NCBI GenBank assembly: GCA_039545335.1
Contig: BCIN01000001.1
Coordinates: 496,001-560,000, forward strand
Reading direction: 5' to 3'
From: Kondoa subrosea
Lineage: Eukaryota
DNA length: 64,000 nt
Positions 51,710 through 64,000 of the stretch are shown in pieces. Position 1 is the first letter of the stretch, and each line of letters opens with the position of its first letter. Made by a program: the position numbers and the translations under genes. The notes beneath the pieces were generated by a model. It had not been told where the DNA came from. It did not search any database and was given only the letters and a program-made list of their open reading frames with translations.

Positions 51710-53175
51710 TCACGCAGCCCCATTGAAATGCGGTCTAGTGATATATGGATCCTTGGCCGATTCAGGAAAAGTCAGATCCGGTACTTCTTTCCCTTCATCC
51801 TTCCAAATTCTTTCCAACGTCGAATCTTGCATCAAGCCTCTCCAAAGCGAACCGACACCAGGTTGGATATCCGAAGGAGAGTCTTTAGATTGGATGATAA
51901 GAGGTGGATCAAGGGAATAAGGTGAGAGATCGCCCGTGCGGATGAATGTAGGGATAGCGGTATCGACCGGTGCTTGATATGCGGACCAAGGTTCTGACAT
52001 GAGTTCCAAGACATGGTTGTAGCCTGCTTTTGACATTGCGTAGCCATGCAAACAGCGCGGTCCATAGGAATGAAAGAGAGCAGGATGCAATTTCGTCGCG
52101 TCTGTGAATAGACCAACCACAAAATCAGATCTCAACCTGAGCTATACTGCGAAGTCCACTCACGCGTCATCTCGCGCCCCCAACAATGGCCAAGAAAGAC
52201 CATTTCCCAATCTTTTGGCATGCGCTTGTAAATAGCGTTCCACATGTTTTCAATGTTCCATTCCATATCCACATCATCTTCCAGAACCAAAGCACTTTCG
52301 TCATTGTTCTCTTGCATCGTCTTGATTGCTTTCATATGAGAATACCAAGTCGACAGAACGGCTGTGTTCATTTGTCGACTTGCAATGGATTCTAATGGAT
52401 CCCAGAGCTTTTCCGTAACGTTGAATGTTGGATCTTTAGGTATAAGCTTCCCACCACCATTTTCTTTCCCACTCTCTTCTTTTCCCTCAAGTGAATCCAC
52501 AGCTTGATGCATATATTCAACCCAATCCAATCCACCAAACTCATCTTCTTTCGCATCAGGTAAAGAAAGGACTTGTTTAGAACCTCTTTGACCTGGTCTA
52601 GCTAACCAAACGCTTGAAATTCCCATTCCACCAATCTCACCTTCTTTCAAACCTAAAGCTCTACTTAAAAAAGGTTTCTTTCTTTTCCTCATTTTGTAAA
52701 CTTGTTCACCAATCCAATGAATCAAAGGTGAATCTTTGTTGATGGCATCCACAAAAGTTACTTGCAAACCTAAAGCCAGAGCGATTCGAGACATGGTTTC
52801 TCTTCTATCGATTCGATTAGGTAGGGAGACGATGTAAATGTGATCAAACGTCAGAGTAGGTGAATGAGGTGGTGTGTAAGCTTGATTCAAATGCTTGCGA
52901 TACGACAGAGCATCCTTAATGTTGCTCTTTGATGAAGTTGTTTTCGAAGAAGTTGAAGAATGGGGCCAAGGTGTATCAAAAGTAGGTAAGTATTGAGCTA
53001 ATCTCCATTGCTCGTCCTCTTCTGTCGCATTGAGAGAGTCAGGAAAAGTAGAATGAAGGAGCGTGCGTTTGGATGAAGTCGAATCAGTGTATTGACTATG
53101 CCCAATGAGCAAGAACAAAGCAGCTAGGAGAGCTGCTAGGATATAATAGGGCTTGTAGCTGACCGCGGAGGACAT
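51710..53175 (-). CDS. Glycosyltransferase family 25, type II membrane protein
   Basis: HIYIVSLPNRIDRR, W.SH, ALVLEDDVD, FLGHCW, CLHGYAMS. Confidence 0.85.
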
Positions 53176-53427
53176 AGCATCGTATCAAGAATCGCAACCC
53201 TTTTCGTGGTATGCGAAAATGAAACGCGTCGAGCAGCCAAGATTTTGAAGGTCAAAGCATAAATATAGAAATTGCATTCAAGTTATAAGTACAAGGAAAA
53301 GAGCAACGAAGAGGCCAAACAGATCCATATACAAAATAATACTTCCATACACCCGTTCGGTCAGAAGTGAGAAGAGTAAAGAAAAACGAAATTGCCATGC
53401 GATACCAAAGTACTCGTGACATTTGCT

Positions 53428-54518
53428 TCAGAACTGCAAGAATTCAGCCTCGATCTTGCGTTGAACTTCTCGAGCGATATGTTCGTGTCCGATATTAGTG
53501 GGTTGTGTCTGCACAAGCTAATCAGAACAACTTGACAATTACTTGAATGAAGCAAAACTTACTGAAGTACAGTATAATCTCTTGACTGAATCCCCACATC
53601 GACTCTCACCACCTCGTTGTAAAGTAAATCTAGCCTCTTCTTTGATACAAGGTGAACTCAATAACCTTCTCTCTTCTTCATCAAAGCCATAACTTTGAGG
53701 ATCGGCAACAATATTGGAATAGAGGGAGTAAAGATCCACAAAGATTGCTTGCAAAGCTTTGGCGCGTAACGAATTGGTTAATCGATTCGAAACGATTCGT
53801 AAATTGCGTCGTAAGTAAAAGGAAAAGACGTCTGGTTTCATCTCGGTCTGTAGATCAAGGGAACCGATAAGTTGCTCTTCTCCATCCGATGCAGGTGCTG
53901 TTAATCGTCATCAGCTTTAAAACACACACATAGATCAAAAGGAAACGAACAAGGTGGAGCGATAATGACGAAAGAACGAGCGCCAATACCAGCCAATCTC
54001 CTAGCTACACTTTCTACCCTATTGGCAATATCCTTTGGATCCGATGCTGAGTTATGAGCGAAATCGGTAAAGCCATCAGCGAGAATAAAGAGTGAAGATT
54101 GAGCTAGGTTGGAGTCGCGATTCATGCTGATATATTCATGTACTTGACTTGCTAGTGGTGATGCTAAACTTCTACCAGCAGCTGCCTGGCTGTCTATGTG
54201 TCCACGATATATAAGTCTTCCAATTCAAAGGAAGCTAAGAGAAAGACGAACGAGAGTAGTCTACTAGCGGGATCTGGTACTTGTCTGAGATGAGTTGAGG
54301 CCATGAGATCCTTGTATGTTCACTTTGCATTTCAGTTGACACTATTTCCGCGCGAGACTTCCGTTAGGGCGTCACTAAATTGAGAATGTCAGAACACTAG
54401 ACTGACCTTTGTCGCCAAAGAGAACAATCTGAGTGAATGGTAGAGCAGTTCGTTTGTACGGAGCGGCAGAAACTGTCGCGCAGTAGAGTGATAGTATAGT
54501 TGTAATTAAAGTCTTCAT
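53428..54518 (-). CDS. Secreted GDSL/SGNH (CE16-like) fold protein lacking catalytic residues
   Basis: Signal peptide, QIVLFGDK, WPQLI....L.DYS, IGARSFVII, FVDLYSLY.NI..DP.SYGF, QPTNIGHEHIA. Confidence 0.7.
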
Positions 54519-55126
54519 CTTGTGTCGTGTTATGTAATTGACCAAGTGACAAGGTATAACTAGGAGTGAGTATAATTCGAAGAAACAACAAGCAAGGCCA
54601 AGAGCAAAAGGAGCGGAAGAAGAAAACAACGCGTTGATTGTGATGCGTCTTGACAAAAGACTCGAGGTAATCAAGGATCGCCTCCCGAACGGTGGTGAAA
54701 AGGTGAAGCCTAGACGCTGCCCGGACCACGTCATGTGGAGAACGCGACCGGACTCAATTAGGCAAAGCAATTGTTCGGGAGTCTAGATTTGCAACGACTT
54801 TTAGCGGTTGAGTGTATTATTTTAGTCACAAAGAACGCCCTCAAACGACTTTGCTTCAAAGCGCCCCTCGATGAAGGTCTTTGACTTGAGTCAGTCATGA
54901 GTCCAAATCGAGTAAAAAGACAGAAACACGAAAAGATCTCGAACCGAGACTGAGAGCAGCCTAAAGGTCAGCTTGTGGACATCGATCGACACAAGATACG
55001 GAGATCGGAGGATAGGACAAGCTAGTAGATACAAAGCAGAGCAGAGCAGACAGACAATGCACATGACGGTTTCGAGATGAGGTCCAATCTTGTTTGACCT
55101 CAAAACGCGACGATTGGGAATTCAAG

Positions 55127-57270
55127 ATGAGCGAGTAGGTGCAGCGCTGTGCTTGTCAGCATACAGCTGATTTCAACATTGCTTCGCCCTACAGTGATGT
55201 TAGCCAACCTCGTCTCTCTGTGCACATTCGCAAGCTGAAATGATCAATTCAACAGGAATTCATGCTAGATGCTGGAGCTGAGGATGATGATTATGGATTC
55301 GAATACGAAGATGACGACGAAGAGGCCGGAGGAGAAGGCGACGTAGAGAATGAGTATTACGTTGCCAAAGGTGAGCAAGTATTCAGGCCTGGTCATTCAG
55401 TCTGTCTGATACGGCCTCCCTTTGCTTACAGGTCTCAAGGGAGACGACCCTGATGCTGCTATCAAAGCTTTCGAAGCCATTATCAACAAAGAGGAAGAGC
55501 AAGGCGAATGGTAGGCACATTGATCAGCTCTCAGTCTAGTCTCATGCCGCTTGATCCTCGTTGTCTACAGGGGCTTCAAATCACTCAAGCAACTCACTAA
55601 GCTTACTTTCAGACTGAAGCGCTTCGAATCTTCGCTAGGTTATTACTCTCGCTTGCTGCCTTACACCAAGAAAGCTGTGACCAGGAAGTGCGCAGACCTC
55701 AATATCTGCTTGCTGAACATGCTGATATGAGAGACCTGTGTACAGTGTCGCCGAGAAAGCTATCAACGGTATTCTGGATTACGTTTCTGCTTCGGCGGAA
55801 ATTGACACATCCCTGATGCAACGCTTCTACGAGGAGACTTTGCAGAGTCTGAAAGAGACCAGAAACGATGTGAGGACCAGATCTATATTTGCTCGATTGC
55901 GCTAATGTGGTGGTGGTTCCTTTCAGCGTCTGAGCATGAAGACGAACCTCAAGCTAGCGAAACTTTGGTTAGACAGGAAAGAGTATGCTCGCTTACAAAA
56001 GGTTTGTGAGCAGCTCTCAACATATCAATGTGTGCTGATTTCGGGAGTATTCGCAAACAGATTATTCGAGATTTACATGCCGAAATCACCGCTTCCGATG
56101 CAACAGCTACCAATTCAGCTGATGTGGGTAGCGCAGACAACACAAAAGGAACCATTCTACTTGAAATCTACGCTCTCGAGATCCAAATGTATGGCGAAAT
56201 GAAGAACAACAAGAAACAACGAGAAATCTACGATAAGACGCTTAACGTGAAATCTGCGCTTTCTCATCCGAAAATCAACGGAGTCATTAGAGAATGTGGT
56301 GGGAAAATGCACATGAACGAAAAAGAATGGGCGAAAGCGCAGATTGACTTCTTTGAAGCTTTCAAGAATTACGATGAAGTTGGTTCGAGTCAAAGAATTC
56401 AAGTGTTGAAGTATTTGGTCCTGGCTCATATGCTCATGGGAAGCAAGATTAATCCTTTTGATTCGCAAGAAACCAAACCGTTCGTGCTATGGCTGGAGTC
56501 TTGCTGTGTTCCGCAGTTGAGCACGCTGCTTGTGCTAACAGATACAAGAACGATCCTCAAATTACTGCTATGACTAATCTGGTCGACGCTTATCAAGGCA
56601 ACAATGTACACGAAGCTGAGAAGATCATTCGAGGTGAGCTGGTAGCGCATGAATGCAGTATAAGCTGCTCATTGGGCTGTTTTACTCACAGATAACCGAT
56701 CTACAATCATGAACGATCCTTTCATCCAATCACACATTGCTGAAGTACTGCGGTCGCTAAGAACTCAATGGGTACTGGACATCATTCGCCCTTACACGAG
56801 AATCGAGATCTCTTATCTTGCAAAGGTAGAACTGGAGATTCACGATCAGAATGTCAGCTGATCTTCGCGCTCCATTTTTACAGCAACTCAGCATTCCAGA
56901 TGCTGATGTTGAGGACATTTTGGTCTCCCTCATCCTTGATGGCAAAGTGGCAGGCAAGATTGATCAAGTTACGCAGAAGCTAGAGTTGGATAGACAGTGC
57001 GTGAGAATTACACCACTTCAGTATCGAGCTGATTTCATTCGATCGCGTGCACAGCCAACAAGTCGATGCGAAACGCTACAATGCTCTTTCCGATTGGACG
57101 AATCAAGTTGCTCGACTCAATACTGCTATTGTTAACAAGGCAGCAAACACTGGCCCGGAAAGACAAGGCGGTCAAAGTGGAATGCGTGAGTTCACTTTTC
57201 GATCAGATTGAGCAAGGCTAATTTGGAGATGGTAGTTGCGCCTAATCAATGGGGCAGAGATGATTGGTAG
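55127..57270 (+). CDS. CSN2: COP9 signalosome subunit 2
   Basis: [68 protein letters not shown] domain. Confidence 0.96.
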
Positions 57271-57837
57271 TGCTCGACGATGAGAACTTGTGATATACCC
57301 TTTTCATTCGAAATACCGTTAGTGAGGCGAAATGTCAATAATCAGTCTACCTGCATGCTCGACTCCTTTCATCACCTTTCTCTTTTGATTCCTCATACTA
57401 TGTCTATCTAAGTTTTGCATCGCAGCTGATGACTTTTGTAAGTGTAGTGCAGCGGACAAAGTCTAGCAGATACAGATACAGAAGAAGTTGGTTTAGAGTC
57501 ATACAATTTGGAGAAGTCTAGTCTTTGTTCCGAGCACACCTAGATGCCTCCAGCCCGGGTAGCGATATTTGTCAACTTGCTGGAGTCCATAGCAGGTGAT
57601 TTATCTGTCGTAGGGAATAAGGTGATTGATTGCACCGAATAGCTTAACACTTACGCTTAACTGTGAGCTGTCTGGTAATTAGAGGTTTGTAGTCTAGTTT
57701 GGCCGAACTTCCTGGCATACGTTCGGCCAACAAGAGATCCAACCTGATTGAAAATGTCGCGTCAGGTGCAGAAAGCAAGTGCAAGACTACAAGATATGCT
57801 CAGAAATTAGTGCCATCAATATCATAGCGATCAAATA

Positions 57838-58476
57838 CTACTGACACAGCCTCGTTTGTCCTTCAGCCAAAAGACTTAAAGCACCTGTTGACGAGCAGTG
57901 GTACATTTTGAGGAAGAAATGAGTTTCGTAACCAGGATTCGGCCAAACGATATTGTTCGCCAAGCTAATGCCAGCGATATGCATGGCGTGATCCTTGCGG
58001 ATGCTGTTCAGATCCGAATCCAGTAATTGGACAATACTCGAGAAGGGCATGCCTCTAGATTCGCTATGGAGTGGATTCCCTATGAAGGCGCGAGCAAAGT
58101 TCCAGAGATTTGCCATTACCGGGCCCAGATAGATGGGATAATATGGAGGGATTTCAAACAAAATTGGGAGAAGAAGTATTTGCAGGATGAAGAAGGAAAG
58201 AGGACGAATATCCTGTGTTGACCACTGACCACTGCCACAGCTAGCCGGATCCTGCAAGCTGAATACGTCGTCATCCGATCCGAAGCACACTTCGGGCCAT
58301 ACAGCTTTCTGCGATGGATTCAGTAGGAAATCTTCACGCAACAAATTTTCAGAGCGAACGAGCGAGGGATTGGTATAGCGGGAGAGTATAAATCGAAGAG
58401 ATGGATTCTCGTAAATCTGGATATACTGCGATGTTGGCTCAACATCAGCGCTGGCTCTGTTACAATAGCCAAACAT
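57838..58476 (-). CDS. Hypothetical protein exon (probably continues downstream through introns)
   Basis: 212-codon open frame ending at a GTCAGT donor; no recognised domain. Confidence 0.4.
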   Translation of the reverse strand: MFGYCNRASADVEPTSQYIQIYENPSLRFILSRYTNPSLVRSENLLREDFLLNPSQKAVWPEVCFGSDDDVFSLQDPASCGSGQWSTQDIRPLSFFILQILLLPILFEIPPYYPIYLGPVMANLWNFARAFIGNPLHSESRGMPFSSIVQLLDSDLNSIRKDHAMHIAGISLANNIVWPNPGYETHFFLKMYHCSSTGALSLLAEGQTRLCQ

Positions 58477-58519
58477 ACCTCTATAACTCTATCTACAACC
58501 CTCGCAAAGGTATTACAAT

Positions 58520-59187
58520 CTAATTCAAAGTCTTCTCGTCCAAAGCAACAGCTACTGCATGACTCGCTGTTTCCGCAAGATACGCGTCTCCGGACGGCGC
58601 TCTATCTACATCCATAGCTATCGGTGCTTCGTTTGGATGTTCATCGTGTTGCAATTCAGCCAGATCTTTGACAGCAGGTTTGGAAGGATCAATTTCGAGA
58701 GGCATGGTTGTTCCATGAGCGAGCGGATGAGTAGCAGAAGGTTGTATAAGAGGAGCGTTGACGCCTTGAGACGGAGGCGTCGCTACTGGCGTCGCTGCTG
58801 CTCCAGTGAGATGACCAGGTAAGACAGATCCAGGTGTAGCAGCATTATCTTCTTCCAAGCTCGCTAAACCACTAGCTTTATCTCCTGCAGCCTGAGCGTT
58901 CAACCTGATCTCTTCTTCCTGCTCTTGCGCATCTCCCAAAGTCGCATCTATCTTAACCCATTTCAAGACTTTGTATCCATTGTTCGAAACCCCATTCAAC
59001 GCAGCTGGATAGACCCATTCTTTCTTGAATTTAGACACAGGTGCCAGAAGAGCCTCATGGTGCGCTCGCAGACTCGATCTTGAAGCGAATTGCCCTTTCC
59101 TTCGACCATTGTATTGGCCTGACTGGAAACAACCACCAGAAATCAATACCAAAGTATCATGATACGGGCATCCTGAGAAGATACCAT
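58520..59187 (-). CDS. Hypothetical protein with BCL7-like N-terminal motif
   Basis: ATG, intron, then SGQYNGRRKGQFASRSSLRAHHEALLAPVSKFKKEWVYP...YKVLKWVK and a disordered tail. Confidence 0.6.
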
Positions 59188-59678
59188 TCTGTGCTGCCAG
59201 CAGCTGTTGTCCTATACTCGTCGAAGATTCGTTGTTTTGGTTAAAGTCTGTTCGACACTGGCAGCTTTCACGCTGCTGTTCTTCGTGCCTCTTCCTGCTA
59301 TCTGCTGCATTGAATTGCGCACAAATAGTATCGTGTGAACGAAACGGCTCGTGATGATATACAATGCAACGCATCGGTGTCGTGGAAGTCAGGTCTTATA
59401 TGTTCCTCACTCTTCTGTTCGCATTTCGTTTGGAAACTGTGTACTGTCGAACTGTACAGTAAGACTGTCTGTGAGCATTGACCAAAATCCCCAAACTTCC
59501 ACTCGAATACGAATTCTTTCCTTTATGTATGTACGCTTTCTTCATTTGTCTTATGCTTCTGATCGTTCCAAAATACCCAAAGCGCTCTTGTGATCAGCAT
59601 GATATGTATTCTTATGCTTTTGACTCCTGTTCGTCCGTCCTCCGTTGCGAGAAAGCACTTCAGTTCAAGACAGGAAAC

Positions 59679-61678
59679 ATGTCTTTGGTGCCACAGGATA
59701 AGATCGCACTTATTGCTAGCCAAGTTCTATCTCTACCAGATGACGAGTAAGCCAACTCACGGCAATGTGCTGCAATTGCCGAATTTAACTAGCTTGCTGT
59801 GCACAGAAACCCCTATACATTCCTGTCCAGTGCTATGCATGCCCTACTGCCGCAAATACGCACGACAACCTTCTCTACACTCTTGTGGCTGTCAGTCGCG
59901 TCGAATGCTATGGCTTTGATATGCCATCTTGGAACAATCTGTCTTCGTGTGAAGGCGGTAAGTTGCAAAGATGTCATGGGAAGAATCGCTCAATGTCTTG
60001 CTTAGGGCCGGTTCTGGATGATACGATGTGAGCGTGGTTCTATCAAGCCAGCGATAACTAACGAAATGAAACTTGAACATTAACCAGCTGTAACAACGGA
60101 AAATTCCTTACCCCGAATGTAGCGATTACTTTCGCTGTTTTTGGTATCATCTACTCTGTCGTCTCAATAATGTCGAATTCGCGAATGGCTCTATACATGC
60201 TTCCAGATCTGAAGATCAATACAATGGTTTGGACCATCATCACTCTAATGTTCTTGACTTTACAAGCTTGGTGTAATACAGCATTCATGTTCTTGCAAGA
60301 TTCTGATCTTGTTTGCTCAGCCGAAATCTGGTCTTGTGCTGCGTCAATAATCACCAGAGACGATAAATTAACGTAGGCTCCGAATTCTTGCAAATTCGTC
60401 ACCGGCTGATGCGTATACAGAACTCGGCTGTTACGTACCGTAGACCACTTTATTCATGAGGTTTCGACTGCTGAGTGTCTGCCCGCAGAGTATACCTCCA
60501 TGGCTTTTCAACTCCCTTGTCTGTGTCCTTCCAGTGTCCTATATTTCAGCAGCGGTGGTCATCAGCGTCAAGCTCAATCTAAATTACAATAAAGGCATCC
60601 ACTCGGTTCAGGCTGTTTTCGATCATCTTAACGCAGCCGCCGACATGTGGAATGGGGAGAAGCTCACATTGACAAGTTTCCAGCAACTAGCAAGCACTCT
60701 GACAACGATCGACTCCAACTTCGGCGATATTACTGCCTGGGCCCATGTTAGTGTATTGATCAATACCTGTAACGAAAGCACCTGACCGCCTTCGTATAGG
60801 TTATTACAACTTACGAGCTTTCCGTTAATTGTCTCCTCATTGTGGTAAGTTGCTTGCTCTTCCCTTGTACAAGCCTGATTGGCCGAGGGTAGGTCTGGAT
60901 TCCGCTCGTCATTTTAGCCGTCAAGAATCTTCAACAGCAAATTTCCTTTATGCAGCAAAACAAGAAATACACTTCTCAAGGTGCTCAGATATCTTCAGAT
61001 GATTCGAGCTACACGAATAGACTCCAAAACCTGATTTCTCTTTGTCGGCAACGGATTCTCAATGCTTCTCTGGGTTTTGTCATCGGTATTGTCTGGAAGC
61101 TGCTTTTCTCGAAAGATCGCTACTGATACCAGATCACTAATATAGGCCTACGTCGCCATACTTCTCATCCCGGTCATTAGTAAGCTGAAGCTTTGTTCAG
61201 ATTAATGCTCAAGACATTCTGATATGCTTTAAAGAGGGTGCAACAGCTATGCTAATTCATCCACATCTTGGACAAGGCTTCATACTTTCTTCAGCATTGA
61301 TTTATGCCACGTAAGCCAATATAAACTTGTTGCTTCTGACCCATTCTAACAGATTTGTACAGCCTGGGCACGTAAGTCCTCCTGACACGACTCCAACGAG
61401 CACCAAACTCACTCGCGAATACTCTCAGCCCTATCAGTATTGTGCTTCTTCGTGTGTCTTGGAAAGCAAATCACCTTGACACTGGCCGATCAACATCGAA
61501 GTCGTCCTGGCAAAGAAGTCAACCAAAACTTCATTCCAAGATCTCTGCTCCAGCAGGTGAGCATGATTCATTGACATAGCTTTACAAAGACTGACTGAAA
61601 GTGAAAGCGCAATTTGAGCTCAATCCTTGGGCAGGTGGAAAGATCGCTGATACTGAAGAGAAAGCGGATGAGGTGTAG
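59679..61678 (+). CDS. Multi-pass membrane hypothetical protein, many introns
   Basis: Successive hydrophobic segments over about 12 exons; no family recognised. Confidence 0.55.
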
Positions 61679-61800
61679 TGCGAGACTTAGCCTTTAGTTG
61701 TGTCATGCTTGTATTCGTGCTCCCTCTCGCGTTGAATTCGATCTGACTTTAGCATGTCTCCAATACTTGATCTTTGTCGGCCGACTGCTACACGTCTACC

Positions 61801-63118
61801 ATGTCGAAAGAGAATGCCTTTAATCCCGATAACGTCCTTCTGCTTGAGCAAGCGCTGCTCAAAGCACCACAAGAACAACTCAAGCGAAACTTGCGATCAA
61901 CTCAAAGAGCGTTCGAGCGCGACTTTACAGCTCTCAGTAATACAATAGCAGATCTGTTCAAGACTCCAGTGGATCCTGTCCAAGCTGCCAAAGTGGTGGA
62001 TAGCATGCTCACCCGAATGCGAACACTCAAGCGCAAACTGAATGAAGTCAATGCACTCAATGATGGTGCTCTGGCTGGCATGGAAGCTAGATTGGCTCAT
62101 GTGGCTGCTGTCAATGATATGGAGTCTTTCTCTCCTGCGGCAGGCTATCCATCTTGGTCTTCAGTTAGACTCTCAAGGCAGATGATCGACTATTTGCTGC
62201 ATCGTGGCTTCCTGGACGCTGCGACTCATCTCGCTAAAGCACAAGGAGTGGAAGCTCTCGTTGACACCGATTTGTTCAGGGAATGTGTGAGGATAGAGAA
62301 GGCTTTGAGAGAGAAGAAAGTAACGGAAGCTCTGAGCTGGTGCAGGGAGAATAGTTCGGCTCTGAAGAAGTCTAAAGTGAGTCCGTTCATGTTTCTATTC
62401 AGATATATGCTGATCTGCATCGAAGAGTACATTAGAATTCGATCTACGCTATCAAGAATTCATCGAAATGATTAGGCTAGGGCAAATGGCCGAAGCTATT
62501 GCGCATTCTCGCAAGTATCTGGTACCATGGGGTGGGAGTCATTTGCGACAAATTAAGCAAGCAATGGTGCTGCTCGCTTTTGGTTCTGAGACTACATGTC
62601 CGCCTTATCAGGTAAATTTATCTGTTCATTTCATCGCTGTGAACTTGTCTGATCGTTCTCTGGGAAAGAAACTCTTCGACGATGCTCGATGGAACGATCT
62701 GGCTATTCAGTTCCGCTTCACTTTACTCTCAATCCATTCTATCGCTCCATTGCCTATGCTTTCTTTATCTCTCCATACCGGTTTATCGGCACTCAAAAAT
62801 CCTACCTGTGCCTCTGCCGAATCTTATTCCCATAATCCAAATTGTCCAACTTGCGCACCTCTTTTACAACCTCTAGCACAAAGTGATCAAGTACCTTGGT
62901 CTCACCATGCGAATTCTACTATTGTTTGCAAGATCACAGGCAAAGTTATGGAAGGACAAGATGAAGGTAGAACACCGTGGGTTTTACCGAATGGAAGAGT
63001 GTACAGCAAAGAAGGGTTGGAAATGTTAGCTTCGCAGAATGACAAGCAGCAAGTGACATGTCCAAGGACAGGAGAAGTGTTCAAATTCGCGCAGGCAGCG
63101 AAGGTATTCATTTCGTAG
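61801..63118 (+). CDS. FYV10: GID/CTLH complex subunit Fyv10/MAEA
   Basis: LLLEQALLKAP.E.L.RN.R..QR; LisH RL.R..IDYLL.RG; CTLH EAL.WC.EN; GLSALK.P.C; HHANS.IVC.ITG; degenerate RING. Confidence 0.92.
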
Positions 63119-63304
63119 ATTATGGTTAAGTGTAAACTTCCCTCGTGATTTTTGTAAAATACTTGCATCACATCAAGCATCGATAGCTTGCCAATCGGAG
63201 TGACAATAGCTGTGCGACTTACGCGGGATCTAGCAAAGATCCAGGCAAAGACAAGATTCGCTCACGGGCGTTCCAAATGGTCCCTCTTCGTACATTTGCC
63301 TCGT

Positions 63305-64000
63305 TCACCCGATTGCCTCAGCTTCTGTCGTTGGTATACCCGATCGATCAATACCCACAACCTCCTTCAATGCATCCAACGCTGAGCGAGAATCTTTCGT
63401 TCCTAGTGTTCGTTCTTCAACCCACCAATCCGCTACTCGGCCACTATGGAATCCCGCCTTGATCATCCAGTCTTTGAGAACAGGTCAATTTGCAGAAGGC
63501 TTGCTTATCATCTGCTTCCGTAAATCTTGCCAATAGACGAAAGATGCGGCGTAAGTAGGATTTGTTAGGTAAGGAGTACAATTGCATGAAATTTGTTAGC
63601 CCTTGACGCAGAGTAATGATGTAGAAATCTAAAGAGAGACAGCGGAGTGAAGGAAATGAAACGGCGTCGCTTCTCGCAAAAATTCGATGACTCCTCCAGG
63701 AAGATGCAGCGATTGTAGACGAGTGCTAGCGAAGTGCCCAGCATTGCAGATAAAGCTGTTCTGACATCCATTTTCCGCAGAGAGTCTTGATCCACCGGTT
63801 TCGATCCTTGCCGGGAAAGAGGATAGTCTGAACCAATGGTTATCGATGTGATTGCTGGGAACTTGGCGTCCACCTCTTTCCAAAAATCTGGCAGAAGTGA
63901 AGCTTCTTCTGAGCAATGTAATGGGGTACAATGGCTGTGATCGCCGAAGGGCATGCTTCGAATGTCTTGAAGAGTATCGCAGCACGACTCGAAGTTCACT
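63305..64000 (-). CDS. Hypothetical protein, 3' part (5' end outside window; end approximate)
   Basis: Open frame 63565-63999 with intron-like breaks; no family recognised. Confidence 0.35.

Noticed and set aside
1..64000. tRNA, rRNA, CRISPR array, transposase or reverse transcriptase
   Set aside because: None recognised by eye; intron-containing tRNAs or snoRNAs could be missed without tRNAscan-SE or cmscan

Overview
Compact, intron-rich fungal chromosome segment with ~36 protein-coding loci and short (~45-75 nt) spliceosomal introns, so the ORF track is fragmented. It looks basidiomycete, possibly Pucciniomycotina (inference from gene style). Core genes: B-type cyclin, RNF126-like RING E3, Hpm1/METTL18, Gvp36-like BAR, PNC1, SIN Cdc14, PCBD, Sec14, eIF3d, PTC7, BSD/Dos2, PIG-M, CSN2, Fyv10/MAEA. 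Accessory enzymes: secreted GH1, MetE-like, SurE, GT77-like, secreted beta-carbonic anhydrase, three tandem MBOAT_2, Lnt-like CN-hydrolase, GT25, GDSL-like. Main structural oddity: a ~650-bp inverted repeat pair (43839-44492 / 49093-49731) bracketing three genes, nearly identical in its non-coding outer part and diverged in its coding inner part, a candidate invertible segment. Also notable: a gene absent from the ORF track (MYND finger plus Cys/His-rich domain) with an in-frame TGA at a zinc-ligand Cys, 3-nt and 4-nt microexons and a possible 1-nt exon, intron polymorphism among tandem paralogs, and a secreted GDSL pseudo-esterase. No tRNA, rRNA, CRISPR array or transposase was recognised. 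All gene models were spliced by eye and all family calls rest on motif recall, not database searches.
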